Shown here one piece after another: positions 50,934-64,000 of a stretch of DNA of 64,000 nucleotides (within the stretch, counting starts at the first letter, position 1; every line of letters starts with the position of its first letter). The stretch comes from Spironucleus salmonicida. Lineage: Eukaryota. The translations under genes and the position numbers were made by a program. Below the pieces are notes generated by a model. It saw only the letters and a program-made list of their open reading frames with translations. It was not told the origin of the DNA and ran no database searches. The stretch lies in assembly GCF_000497125.1 (NCBI RefSeq), contig NC_090602.1:1302001-1366000 (forward strand), in the 5' to 3' direction.

Positions 50934-52385
50934 ATGTTACATGAAACAATCGAAGCGTATTTGGAAACAGCAGATGAAAAATAATTATTAAATATCGACT
51001 TTGACATTCAGTAGCTTCTTAAGCATCTTAATTATAACGAGATTTGGAAGATATTCATTAAGAAAGCTAAACTGGTGTCAAATAACTAAAGATGCATTAT
51101 AAACTTAGCAATACGGTTTTCCCCATACTCAGACCTAGCCATATCTAATTTAGCTGATCATATATCTTTAGATTAATAATAAATATTCGAATAATGTTAC
51201 GAACTTCATAAAAAATCAAAATCCTGTGCATTGCGTGCTTTACGGGCTCTAACTGATTCATCTGAATCAAAAATTTAGGTTACCCTATCACTATTCCCAT
51301 TAACATTTTCAGATTTAAAGCCACTCTAACTTTATATCTAAACTGCTTCCACTTTCATCTTTTCTGACTTTTCATAATTTTTCTGGGTAGTTCTGAATGC
51401 ATAAATATAGTCATTCTCAACTTCTTTTTAAAGTCTTGACCGTCAATTTTTACAGGAAATTTTTTCAGCAATAAAGTATTTTAATCTATAAGAGCAGTTT
51501 GCCCAGCTTTTGGCAAGAAATCTTATTGACACTACCTCAATGGAAGCTATATCATAGACACCAAATTTACGAAATTTTGATGTGTTTGCAGTAGAGAACC
51601 CAATTAAAATACTTTAGGTGCATTCAAATCCACTACCAACAGTAAACGATTTAATGTTAAGTAATGATATTTAAGGGGCAGTAAATTTATTTTAAAATAT
51701 ACCATTTAACGCAAAAACTGCAATTTCTGATAGCCTAAAACGAGTTAGTCCATAAACTATTATGGAAGAGATAAGTTTATTTTCGGCAGCTTAGAATATA
51801 GATTGTTAAAAGTTTGTATAATAGCTGAATAATGCACAAATAATAGAAAATAATGTCGTAATTCATTTATTTGATGAGGGGTATAGAAGTTGCTAACTTG
51901 AGGAAGTTAGTATATCTTTCTAAAAATCTGAAAGATTTTAATTCGACTTGGTCAGATCTTTTTGTAATGTGGAAATAAATGGAGTGCATATTAAAGTATA
52001 AGGGATTTTGATGGTTGTTTTAGAACGTATTATAAAAGAAGAATTACTTGATAATGAGTATCAGGTTGACTTAAGCTGCTTAGAAGAATATGGACTGATT
52101 GAAAAACTTGATGGTAAATGGGTAATTACTGAAGATGTCGATATTTTATAAGTCTATGAAAATGATTCTATAGAGGTTAATTCGACGAATGTACAAATAT
52201 AGTATACTAACTAAGTATGCAGTGAAATATTAAAAGCAAGTGTTTGCAAAGTAATTAAGCTACGAAAGTAGACATTGTAGGAGTTATAATAATAATTTGG
52301 TACTAATATTAAAATGATGCTAAATGAACTAGCAGAAAATGATATTATTACCATTAACGAAAATGGGTTATGGTGCTTTGATTGA
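50934..52385 (+). CDS. Divergent cullin, 483 aa
   Basis: FFQSLDRQF, QLLARNLI, C-terminal ILKASVCKVIKLRK...IKMMLNELAENDII (neddylation winged-helix-like). Confidence 0.62.
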
Positions 52386-52455
52386 ATTTGTTTGTAAGAA
52401 TAGTTTTTATATTATTTAGATAATAAATCGTTTCACTATCCACTCCACATCTACA

Positions 52456-53988
52456 ATGCAACCAAAGTCTCCTCCACAGCATTGTGGATTCAATCCAGCA
52501 ATGGATAAATTATTATCATAAACTATGTAAAATTACGTATCGTAATATTTAATTGAAGCACCAATAGAGCAAGAACGACGTAAAAAGGCATTAGACGCAG
52601 TAGAAAAAATAATTTCAGACTGGGTATGGAGTACGTATTCATCTACTTAGAAATAATGGATGACAAATTACTCAGATGTGAATAGACTAGCATTTATTTA
52701 GCCCTATGGTTCATATCTCTTAAATGTTCATACACCCGGGTCCGATATTGACTCTGTTGTACTTCTTCCATTCTATGTTGATTCTAAAACATTTTTTGAT
52801 GTATTACCACCTAGACTCAAATAGGACCCTAGAGCTAAGCAGGTAGAGGCTATTACTAAGGCAAAGCATCCGATTTTGACTTTAGTTTTTGATGATGTTG
52901 AGTTAGATCTTTAACCACTTATTTTAGCTGATGCTTAACTTACTAAAGATATGGACTTCTTAAATGAAGATAATTTCAAAAATGTTAAAGCAAAAATGAA
53001 AGAAGTTGCTGCATCTGTTGCTGCGAATATGTGGATTAAAAAGGAGACTTAAAAATAAGAGGCCACCTTCAACACTACTATACGATTTTTAAAACAAGTT
53101 CTTTAAGAAACTGGAATATCTGGAAATAAATTTGGCTACTTTGGAGGAATAAATCTTACACTCATGATGTGTCATTTAATGCGTGAAATGTATAATGAGC
53201 CGCTTTCTCCATGGTAATATTTATATAATTTCTTTTATGCATATGGTAGATATAACTATAGTATTCCTATTGTAGTAAACTAAGACGTAGGTTATATTTA
53301 GTAGTAAACTCCTATGTAAATTATTACCCCAGTAAAACCAGAAATAAATTCAACTGCTAAAGTAACAGACTCTACTTGTCGTGTAATTAAAAAAGTATTC
53401 CAGACATGCTAACGAAATATGGAAATTATTATGGAATATTCTTCATAAGTAATGAAAATTCCTGCAAATGATGGTTTGCTGCGGAAGCTTCATGTAATGG
53501 ATCTTATTTTTAGCGATCTTTCTGATGAACTAAAGCCTTGTATTTAATAATTTTTCTCTGATTCGGCTTTTAAAGCAGGTTATTTATACATATAGATAAA
53601 TTCTAATTAATCAGAGTTGCTTTAATAAACTAAAGATAAAATAGAACCTTTAATTGTTAATATTTTTACCAACCTTTAGAGGTTAACTAAAGAAGAAACA
53701 GGTGGATAAGCTAATATAGATTATATAAGGCCTTATCCAGTCTGGTTTGACTAAAATAAATTCAAAGGAACAAGTGCTTATTGTTATACATTATTTATTG
53801 GTATTTCTAAAACGAGTGGTGAAAAAGAATGGTTAATTAAAAAACTAAAAGAGATAATTTTTAATTTCAAATCTTAAATAAGAACTAGGCTTGAGTAGGA
53901 AGAAGTAAGCATATAGAGTATTGTAAATAATATGGTTGTTGCTTTAAAGGGAGGTAAAGAATTGAGGTAATTAGTTACTTTTGAATGA
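52456..53988 (+). CDS. PAP: Canonical poly(A) polymerase, 510 aa
   Basis: YGSYLLNVHTPGSDIDSV, GISGNKFGYFGGI, MQIITPVKPEINS. Confidence 0.93.
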
Positions 53989-54000
53989 TAAAATAAAATT

Positions 54001-55074
54001 TCACAAGAAAAATAATGTTCTGTTAGCTGATTCAATATTAGCATTCTGATAAAATTCATATTCTTCATATTCTGGATCATAAACACCATGCTATATCCAT
54101 CTAAGCTTGAAAGAAAGTCTAGGTCCAAGTTCCTACATTCTAATGTCTACTTTGTCTTCTATTTTATCATTTGTAAGATCTGCATCCTATTTTTCTGTGA
54201 AAACATATCTATATGCTCTCATAAATATATTATCCCTCTAATTATGGAATGTGACTACTTATCTTGCTTAAATAGCTTCTTTTTAACTTAAATTTTGTTA
54301 TATAAGTCGACCAACTCTTCTACCCAATCGGGTATTAAAATTAGTCATAATTATTTCCGGCGGAGCAAACGTAGGTTTTCCTGCTCCTTTCAAGTCTTTC
54401 CTTAAATCATATTCATAAAGTCTATAATATGCACTAGGCCCATATGGCAATGCAATCATTAAACAATGGGTAGGGCCGCGAATGGTTTCCTAAATCATAA
54501 AAACACTAGTATATCCCTATTAGTATAACTCGCAACAAAATTCTCTAATGCACTTTTTCTTATAATCACCTCTCTCTACATATTCAAAAACACCACCAAA
54601 TATTGATATTAAATCATCTTTCATAGCAACTGATCGCTTGTGTTAATGAGACCACTTGTATTATTCAATTGTAAGAGCAACCTTTGGGTTTTAATTTAAT
54701 GTAAAATACGTCTTAAGTTCATCATTAGTTTCTGCATGTAACAATTCCTCTTCTGCAATTTTATGATGTTCAATTGTTGCATCTTTAACACGACGATGAT
54801 CGATTGTTAATGGTTGTTTAGCTACAAACGTACCCTCACTTTTCAGAATTTAAGTTTCTCGTTTTTAAATCATCTTTTTAAGCTATGAAACTTATCTAAA
54901 ACCTTTCTGATGAGCTTTAATATGATGTGAATCAGCTAACTTAGTGGACACCTCTTACATCTCCTTTAGTCGCTCGATAGATTATGCTGATACTTTTCGT
55001 TTCCTTGCTGTTGGAATTGGTCCACTAATTTTAGGACCACGCCTGTTTTTAGCTAAGAACTTATTCTTCCCCAT
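54001..55074 (-). CDS. RPF1: Ribosome production factor 1 (Brix domain), 357 aa
   Basis: LPYGPSAYY, PEIIMTNFNTRLG, RQVVTFHNQRDNIF.R.YRY, MQELGPR, ends FFL. Confidence 0.92.
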
Positions 55075-55116
55075 GAAATAAGGAATGAAAAAAAATATTA
55101 CATTATATTTATCACA

Positions 55117-57636
55117 TCATAACCGAGTTAAAACTTCTAATAAAAGTAGCTCGTCAATATTCGCTAAAATTACTTCAAAATCCAATATATCTAAAATATT
55201 TATATTCTCATTGATAAAAGAAGTTAATGATATAGATGCTTAAACTATTGATAATTTGGCTTCTTTTGAAATTTTCTTTAGCTATTCGTATATGTTTATT
55301 TTTTTCAATTTAGTAATAACCTGTAAAAATTGTATACTAAGGTTATTATTTTATTTAAGCATATTTATATTGTTAAGACTTATTTATTTTTAAGTTTTAA
55401 TTTCTTTTTAAGTGAAAACTTGAGAAATTGTAACTGGAACATCGATGACATCAGAATCTTCAGTTTTAACAATATTTTATTTTTTATTATTATATTCTCC
55501 TAAATTATTGATTTTATAAGTTTAAACATTTTGCACAATCCATTTTGGCAGCTTATTAATGTTTCTTTATTCACAATAACGTTAATCTGCAAGAATAACT
55601 GTCCCAAAATCATTTTTATTACGTATGACTCTACCAATACATTAATTTACTGCTCTAAATGCTAAATTTTCGTAATATATAGATCCTGTTAGTCCTTTTC
55701 CGTATTTATCAAGCCAGTCTCGTTACTAAATCAATATTTAGTCCTTAATATCCGGGAAAGGAATAGAAACTATAATAACTGTTCGACATAATTCATCAGC
55801 AAAGTCTATGCCTTCGGATAAAGTTCCTCTTGCTACAGCTACTAAAATTGGCCGTTATGATAGATTATTCGAATAGCTATTTAAAGCATCATGATCCCCT
55901 TCAAAATAAATATACTAACCATTTAATAATTTTTTGATCTCCTTTATGATCTAATAGCTTTAGACAAAAACTAAGATACCTCCATGCAATGTATTAAATT
56001 GAGAAACTTTAATAACTTAAATTACTTTAGAAAAATAATAGTTATTTCTGTTCTAAAATGTGCCTATTAATCCAGAATCATCTATATTTTTACATATTAC
56101 TTAGTGCTTTTTCATAACACTTTAAAAACTTTCTTTGATAGTATAATTTAGTCCAGTTTCCATTTCTAAATCTCTCATGGGTGACAATGTTGCCGAAGTC
56201 AAAATAACACTAAAAGGGTTAATTTACTAAATCAAATATGCTGGAATACAACTATTGAGACAGAAAATATGAAATTTATCTTTTTAAAAAACTACCCCAA
56301 TATCTTCAGATTTTGCACCTGATACTGTTGCATTATACGCTATTTCCACTATTTTTGCAACTTAAATTACTAGCCCAAATTGATAATTTTTCCCAACAGC
56401 TCTATCTCCTTAAAGATAAAGATATTACGATTTAGAATTTGACTTCCTATAGTCATGGCGTAAGTTATAAATTACAAAATCTGCATAATTCGCAGATTCA
56501 ATCAGGTCCATGGTGAGAGATTTCAAGTTAACTTTATCGTAAATATTCTCAAAATAAAGCGTTTCTAAGTTAGATAATGCTTCAATATTGAGCTTGATTG
56601 TCAATAAAATATCACCCAATTTTTTCAAATTTTAGTAATGATTTTAGTAGTATTTTTACGATTCGTTGAGAGGCTTTGTAGGTTACAATTATTATTGCAA
56701 AGATGTTTAATTAAGCTCTAACTCTCTGCAGACTTCTAATGCTAACGCTATATTTTTCAAGGCTCCTCCAATATTGTCAGATGTAAACGCAGCTTAGAAT
56801 TAGGTTTTTACAAAACTTTCAAAATTATGCCCTTCATCAAAAATAATAATTGGGTTTTGAATAACTTTCAGAAGTTCTTAATCAAATATGTAGTTGTAAG
56901 GAGCTATTATAATTTATGAATCTAAAGATTGTCGTGAGGCAAAATATGGACAAACCTTATTTGCTGTTCCAGATGATAATATATCTTCTAGATCAGTTAT
57001 TTCCAGCTTTGTTTAAACAGAAAATGTACATTTTCTATTCTTAAGCAGTGACTTGCAGACTGTAGCAATAGGAATTTTATCTTTTACTGAAAGATGTTTA
57101 GCTTGTTCATTAAGACAAAAATTGGATCTAGATCCTAAATAAGAAATATGTTATTCTAATTTTAAAAGTTTTATGCAAGCATTTGCTTATTATAATTATG
57201 TGTGAGTTCTGGATAAAAAGATGATTTAAGGACATAGTGCTTCATATATTTTCGTCACCTTATCATATTAAAGACATTTTTTTAGCTTTTAATTAGTTTT
57301 TATAAACTCAAAAGATAAGTTTAAATCATTTACTGGAATTTAGATCTATTGGGAGATTAATTTGATATGATTTTTATGAGGATCATTTTTAAAGTTAGGA
57401 GATTGCTATATAGTAATTAATACTGCTAGAAGTTCTTTAGCAAGGTTGAATTGGATTTAAAATGATGATGTAGCTGCGAATAAACACACCGATTTACCAA
57501 ATCCAGTTTAAGCCTCTAAAGCTGCATTTGTATTCTTATGTAGTGAAATCAGTATTTTATCCATATAAGAAATTTGTTATGGATAAGGTTCAAATGGGAA
57601 TAGTATTTTAACATTTTAAATAATTAATTCGGGCAT
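55117..57636 (-). CDS. XPD-family Fe-S DNA helicase (RTEL1/FANCJ-like), 839 aa
   Basis: FPFEPYPQQ, LEAQTGFGKS, SRTHTQ, LGSRSNFC, CPYFASR, FDEGHN, TSATLSP, RGTLSEGIDF, QCIGRVIR. Confidence 0.92.
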
Positions 57637-57677
57637 CTACTAAATTTTAGTAATTATATTATAAGGTCTATTAACTT

Positions 57678-58991
57678 TCACTTTCCATATATTTTTATGG
57701 CATTCCATCTTTCTATAATCTCATTTTAGAGATTAACCTATTGAAACCTGTCAATATGTGCAGAAAATCTTGCCTATAATCCATATGCACATCCCCTTGC
57801 TGTCATTTATTACTCTCTAATAACCTCACATTCGCAAATATCTGCTAGTATTTAGCAAAATTTATTACTACGTGATACCCCTCCAGAAATTCTTATAGTC
57901 TTATCTTTTATCAAACCTATTTTGTCATTAATTTCAAGTGCAATTCCTTGCAAAACCGCAAATGCAAAATGCCCAGGAAGAGAAGAGAATGAAGCTCCTG
58001 TTAAAATTCCTTGTGAAGGAACAAAAATAATGCCATTTGATGAGTCTACGTCTACTAGAATTAAATCAATTGGTGTATCGTCTAGAATATGTATTTTACG
58101 CAACCAGTCAATATATCCTGTAGTAACGGGAATAAATGACTCGTACGCCTTGATAATCTGATATTTATTATCGTAATAACCTGTTGTTACAACTGTTTAG
58201 CTAGAATTTGTATGTTAGCATTATGATAACATGAAAGCGCCATATCCCATTGAAATTTTAACCTCGTTTGGTTTGTTTACAAAAAATCCTGCCTATGCAT
58301 CCCCAATTACAAAATTAAGAGGAATTTTAAATGGGCCCGTAGTGAATCTACCAAAAACTTAATTAGATTAAACCAACTCAATATGTGAAGTTTCTGTTGG
58401 AAAATCAAATAGTTAAAAAAGCTCAGGATCCCAATAATTGGTGTTAATATTATATAATCCAGTATGGCATGCCATAGATGGCTCTGTAACAATTCTACCA
58501 AACATTCTGAATAGTAAATATGTATCTAAAGTTCCTATAATGTGATTTTTACTGTATTTATATCCGGTTTATTTTTACCACCATTTATACTTAAAAATTG
58601 TCTATAAATAGCTCATATTAGCACCAGTTTTTTGTTAAAATATTTAATTATTACATTTATAATCATTAACTATGTCTTGACATCTCGTATCTGCCCATGA
58701 TATTCCGCATATACTCATTTCTGTCTAACGATCAAAAATAACCATGCTGTTACGCTAAATCGCTAATGAACAGCTTTTTATGCATTTAAGATCTAATTTA
58801 TCGTGTATCATTTGCTTTGCTACGTCAGCTATCCCTAAATTAATATGGCAAAATATCTCCTCTGGATCAAATTCGAACTAGCCTGGACATTCCGATAGAA
58901 TAGTATGATTAACTTTTTTTTTATATTTCAACTTTTAATCAATAAATGCATATACTGAAGTTGATTTGCTGCCCTGGTCTATAACTAGCAT
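57678..58991 (-). CDS. Glycerol kinase / FGGY-family kinase, 437 aa
   Basis: IDQGSKST, EFDPEEI, SWADTR, GTLDTYL, IGDAQA, K..MGYGAF, SGGVSRS. Confidence 0.88.
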
Positions 58992-59134
58992 TTAAGAAAA
59001 CCTCAATATCAATGTTATTTTTAATATGTTTTTATTATTTAATAGGTAAATCACAAATTATATATTTAAATAAATCGAGTAGTTTATTATAAAGTTAACT
59101 TAATTATAAAATAATAGCAGTGTCTTAAAAATAA

Positions 59135-59917
59135 TCAGCTAATTAACCTGTATAACCAATATGCGGCTATTAGAACTATCATTATCAGAACACAAATCAT
59201 CATGCATTTATCTCCCTTCATTAGTTTTTTACGTAAATGCTCGCTGGTGATCAATACTCCTTTAAGCTATTCATTAGCCGTTGTCAGTTGTTCCTGAACT
59301 GTATCTACCTTTTCATCCATGACTGTTTACAGCTCTGCATGACCCATTGCCTGGTTTTTAATAACTTTCAACTTTTCAATACCTAGCTGTGCTTTTCTAT
59401 CTATTTCTATGTTTAAATCCTCGACTTTCTATTTAGCCTCCTCGTATGACTTAAATTCTGGGAGAAGATCATCTAATTTTGCATCTTAAATATATTTTGG
59501 AACACCTAGAGCCACTTCCGAGGCCTATGATTTAACATTTTATGCAGAATTTTTATCAAATTATTGTAACGTATCATAAGCAGACTAAAACGTATCATGA
59601 GCTTTTTTTAAGTCTGAATTTTTCAAAACTGAAATTGAGTGAATATATTTTTATAAGACATCAAATTCTTAACGTATTTTAAATGAATGTGCTGCTAGTA
59701 CTGCTGGAGATGCATTTGAACTAATTAACTCTGCTTTTTGTCTTAGAAGATCCTTTAATGACAGAACAATCTATGATCCATCTGCCATAATTTATTCGTC
59801 ATTATTTAGCTCTTTATGAGAGATTTTATTTTCATCCGTAAGAATAGGATGATCTGGGGCAGGTTCATGGGTCATCTCTTCGATTATTTAGCACATTAAT
59901 GCTCTAGCATTCTCCAT
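59135..59917 (-). CDS. Qc-SNARE-like protein (SYP7-like), 260 aa
   Basis: SNARE motif LKVIKNQAMGHAELQTVMDEKVDTV..QL.TANEQLK plus a C-terminal TM. Confidence 0.7.
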
Positions 59918-60352
59918 TCTATATATATTGAGATGGTAGATAGTTATATATAAATATTATAAGGTATATTATTATACTAACTCTCATAATTCTGAAATAA
60001 ATAATAAAAATACAATTACTATGAATAATTGAATCAAAATTTCACCATAATATCATTATTATAGAATATAATCTCACCAGAGTCTGTTATTAGCTCAAAT
60101 TCATTCAATATCAATATTATGAAGCATATTACAACCTACTAATAAAAATTTAATTTATTCTTAAAAGGGTCAAATTATATTAAATTAATTTAAAAATCTA
60201 ACACTGTATTATAATTTAATGCTAATTCAATTAGCTATTAAATATCAAAGTTATATAATAGTTATTCTTGTATTTGTTTTTACTCTAATAAGCTAATAGC
60301 ATACATATACGCATCTTCAAATATTTGAATTTTAAATTCTTATTATTCAATA

Positions 60353-60952
60353 ATGAAAATCTTTCTTAATTGTTATAATGGTGTTATAACGAAGTCATAA
60401 TCAGGCAAGGAAACTTATGAAAATGCTGAAATTTTGCTTAACTTTTTTGGAAGTTTAGGCAACATTTTCTTAATTATTCAATTATATATCTAATTACTTC
60501 AGATTTATTTAATGAGACGTTTTTCTTGTTAATTAGATCCTCCAAAGTATGAAGGAAAGTAATTTAAAAGCTATCTACCTAAAATTGAAATTAAGCCTAA
60601 TCCTGCTTAAAGTAGGATTAAATAGTTGATAGATTTAAATAATTCAAAGTATCATAGTAATTTCTGTTATTCAATGATTTAAACATAGAAAAGTTTAAGA
60701 GACTCATAAGACTCCAAAATTATAAAATTTAGAAGTAGTTCAACAAAGTTGTCATAGTCATCATAGAATGAATACTTGAATAAAGTAACAGCCCTGGGAC
60801 GACTAAATCCCTGCTGTTATGTGAAAAGAAAGCAAATTGACTTTGACCCTTTTAGACCAGAGACATCGTTTGAGTATCCTAGTAATCGATTCATTCACAG
60901 ATAGCCAAAAATAATTAGTAATATAAAAACTGAGGAAATCATAAAATAATGA
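60353..60952 (+). CDS. Hypothetical protein (start may be 60512)
   Basis: Open frame with TAR=Gln. Confidence 0.45.
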
Positions 60953-60997
60953 ATTAAATATTAATATATATACTTATATATTTTCAAAAATCCAAAA

Positions 60998-61507
60998 ATG
61001 CTTAAAATTATATTGGACTTCCTATTCTGTAGAAAGCGATGCGCCAAAAAATCACTTATTTCAACCCAAGTACACACATATACATAAATATAACCTATCC
61101 AAGTTCGCACTTTAAATGCTAATCAGATCAGTTAAATCAACAATTCTATTTGTACTCTGTTACGTATTTAATAAAGGGCAACTGCTAAATTGTTGGCTAT
61201 AAATTGTCAAAACACATTTTTAAAGACTATTGGAATGTCATAAGGTCATTATATTCAAGTTTATGTGGATAAGTAATCGGCGGATCAACAAAACTTCATG
61301 TGTTAAATAGATGCACTGGTATCTTAACTTCCAGATAAATTTGAACAAAAGGCATTAATTGATAAGCAAATTTCAGTGGTGAATAATGTATTTATATAAT
61401 TTCTGTAGAGGTTTGATCTAGTTTTACAGGAGAAAATTTACTTTTAAAAGTTGTAAAAAATTGATGAAAAAATAAATGAGCTGAATAAAAAAATTCATTC
61501 TAAGTGA
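60998..61507 (+). CDS. Hypothetical protein, 169 aa
   Basis: Open frame ending AAG TGA. Confidence 0.55.
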
Positions 61508-63957
61508 GCCAATAAGTTTGTTAAGAAAGTAGTAATCTGCAATTCGTAATGTTTGTATCTAGCTTCATTGCGCTCTACCTCTAGGATTTTTCTCACTTAA
61601 AATAAGGAGAATTAATTTAAGATAGTAGTTGTATTAAAACTTGGATAGTGTGATTATTAAAATTTTAGTATTTATTATAACATTACATCATTTTATATTA
61701 CAATAACTGCTTTTAGAAGATTCTAAAATAACTCTTCGCTAGTGGTTAAAAATAATGCGAGTTATATTTAATTAAGACTAAGTAGTCTACCATAATCTTT
61801 AGTATGAAAAAATATTAAATACGCACTTAGTAACACATCAGTATTATAATTTATAAGAAGTAATAACTGTTCGTGACAAGATTATATTAAGGGAATAATT
61901 TAGAATAACTTAAAATAAGTATTTTAAGATGACATAGAATTAACAATTTAATTTGATATTTCTTCATCTGAAAACTTTATAGGCGATTTTAAATATTATT
62001 TAAATAATAATATTACCATTACGTCTATGTTCGATGAATTATAATTTTTAGTGGATATTGCTGCTTCAAAAAGCTATACCTGTTACTATTCCGAAAACTA
62101 ATTATAATTAACTAAATCAATGGACAACTAGTGTCTGAATTTACTTATAATAGTTTAAAAAGGATGCAATATATTTTCAAATGAACAATGTTTAAAATAA
62201 TCCTTATAAATGCATATTATATTTTCATCTATATCTTATTCTTTATCCCCTAGGCCAGAAACTTCGATAAGAGCCTATTTACACTACTTGCATTCAATTA
62301 ACTAAAATATTTAGACGAATTCTAAATATTTTCCAATATAGAGAATAATCTCTTTGGTAAAAATATTCACATGACTTAATGCAAATGTACTATCTAATAC
62401 AAACGTATTTTACTATATCATCTATTTCATAAACTCGAAAGCTTATATATTTTAGCTGAATAATAACATTACTTAACTCATATACGTATTAACTTATAGA
62501 CTTCCACTGGTATATACTTTGATAAATAATTAAACTAACTGATCTATAAAGTTATCATTTTATAATAAAAACTCGTCAGTAAATAATTATGATCCTATTA
62601 ATGTTTTTTCTGAAATAGTAACTTATAATATAGTCTAAAAATAGTAAAAGCTAGTTAAAATATCAACTTTTTACAAAACTTAAAACCCTTTTGTAATGTT
62701 TTTATCTGTAAATAGTTAATGAGCATAACACAATCCAGCTGTCTATATACATAATAGATTCTAAATATTTTATTATGACATAATAAATGCTGCTTAAAAT
62801 TAATTTTAATTAATCAAAGATTAAACTAATATATCAGGTGATGGTTTAGACAGTAAATAAAGCCTTTATTTTTATGAGACGATCTGGAAATCATTAAAGA
62901 AATGAATACTTGATATATTTTATAACTGTATTTTTTAAACCTGAAATAACTATAAGTTATTGTAAATATTAACTTCAATAGATTCTAAATCATTAGATAT
63001 AATGCTCAGATCATTTAACATATAAACTAAAGACTGAGGTATACTAACATCGTTCGATTTACATATTGTTTTGTTATTAATCTATATACGTGATAATTAA
63101 CTATTACTAATAGATAAACAATTATATTATTCTGTATTTTATTCAGTAAGTTATATTGAAATACCATTAACTTTGTTATAGTCATTTTAAAATTTAACCT
63201 GAAATAAATATTTATCAATATCTTTAACAAGCTGATCTGAAATATCAGAGAACTCACTATTCAGAGGAAAATTTAGAATGTTTTTGCCTTAAATTAAATA
63301 TACATTATTGTAATTCTTAACTAAATTGGAAGATTTAATACTTGTTTTACTAAATTTAGAGTCTGCTAAAAAATAAATATCATTGCATTTTGAAATAAGT
63401 AGAATATTATCTTGAATAATCATGACCTATTAACAATAAAATTAAACTGAGTATTCCTCATGATTTTAAGCTATGAACAAGTCTTCATTAATGAATATAG
63501 TTTTAATAAATGATGACTAGTTTATTTCTTGAATATAGGTAAATTATATAAAATTTTAGCATACTTCTTTTTAAAGAGTTAGACTAGAAATCCTACCATT
63601 TTTATTAACTTATATTTATTTTTATACTATTATTTTCTTTTAAATAAATTAAACATCATATTTTAATACCTAAATACTAATACTTGTCTCCTTACTATCT
63701 TTCATAATTGTAATACATTTATCTTATATAGTAATTATATAATTTTTAACCAGACATACGGATAGTGCACAATCAAACTATTTGACTAAATCTTATTCAA
63801 TCAATATTTTCATATCAAAATCGAATTTAAGTTTCCATAATATATATGGTTTCTCAGATATTGCATTAAAATAGTTAAATACCCCGTCAGTATTAATAAA
63901 ATTTATACACGTGAATGTTGTTGGTGAATCACTATCAATTTAGTTTATCTTATACAT
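61495..63957 (-). CDS. Large hypothetical protein, about 820 aa
   Basis: Same frame open at every point checked, from MYKINQID to LAHLE TGA. Confidence 0.6.
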
Positions 63958-64000
63958 TTTTATTTATACAGAATATACTATATAATAATATACTATACTT

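Overview
Eukaryotic, gene-dense, AT-rich, apparently intron-less DNA from a hexamitid diplomonad, most consistent with Spironucleus. TAA/TAG encode Gln and only TGA stops, so the supplied standard-code ORF track fragments nearly every gene; I re-read the genes by hand with TAR=Gln. Bases 1-9330 are a tandem array of apparently identical 2250-bp units. Each unit carries histone H2B, a bacterial-type YqeB-family protein (selenium-dependent molybdenum hydroxylase system) and the orphan 3' end of a TtcA-like tRNA thiolase gene. The remainder holds about 40 single-copy genes, including MRS2, endosulfine, CCDC153/DRC12, an exosome RNase PH subunit, a PfkB kinase, NT5C, PC4, a calmodulin-like protein, CCT8, a SNF2 helicase, DPCD, RPS20, a SHIPPO-repeat protein, two SNAREs, Mon1, KAP3, a BPI-like protein, a PHP esterase, peroxiredoxin, a cullin, poly(A) polymerase, RPF1, an RTEL1/FANCJ-like helicase and glycerol kinase. 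Most notable are the H2B-YqeB array, a Memo-AMMECR1 fusion with a probable signal peptide and C-terminal KDEL, a GH5 endoglycoceramidase-like protein whose nucleophile Glu appears to be a TAA-encoded Gln, a candidate box C/D snoRNA, and GC islands at convergent gene ends. Family calls come from remembered motifs, not database searches.
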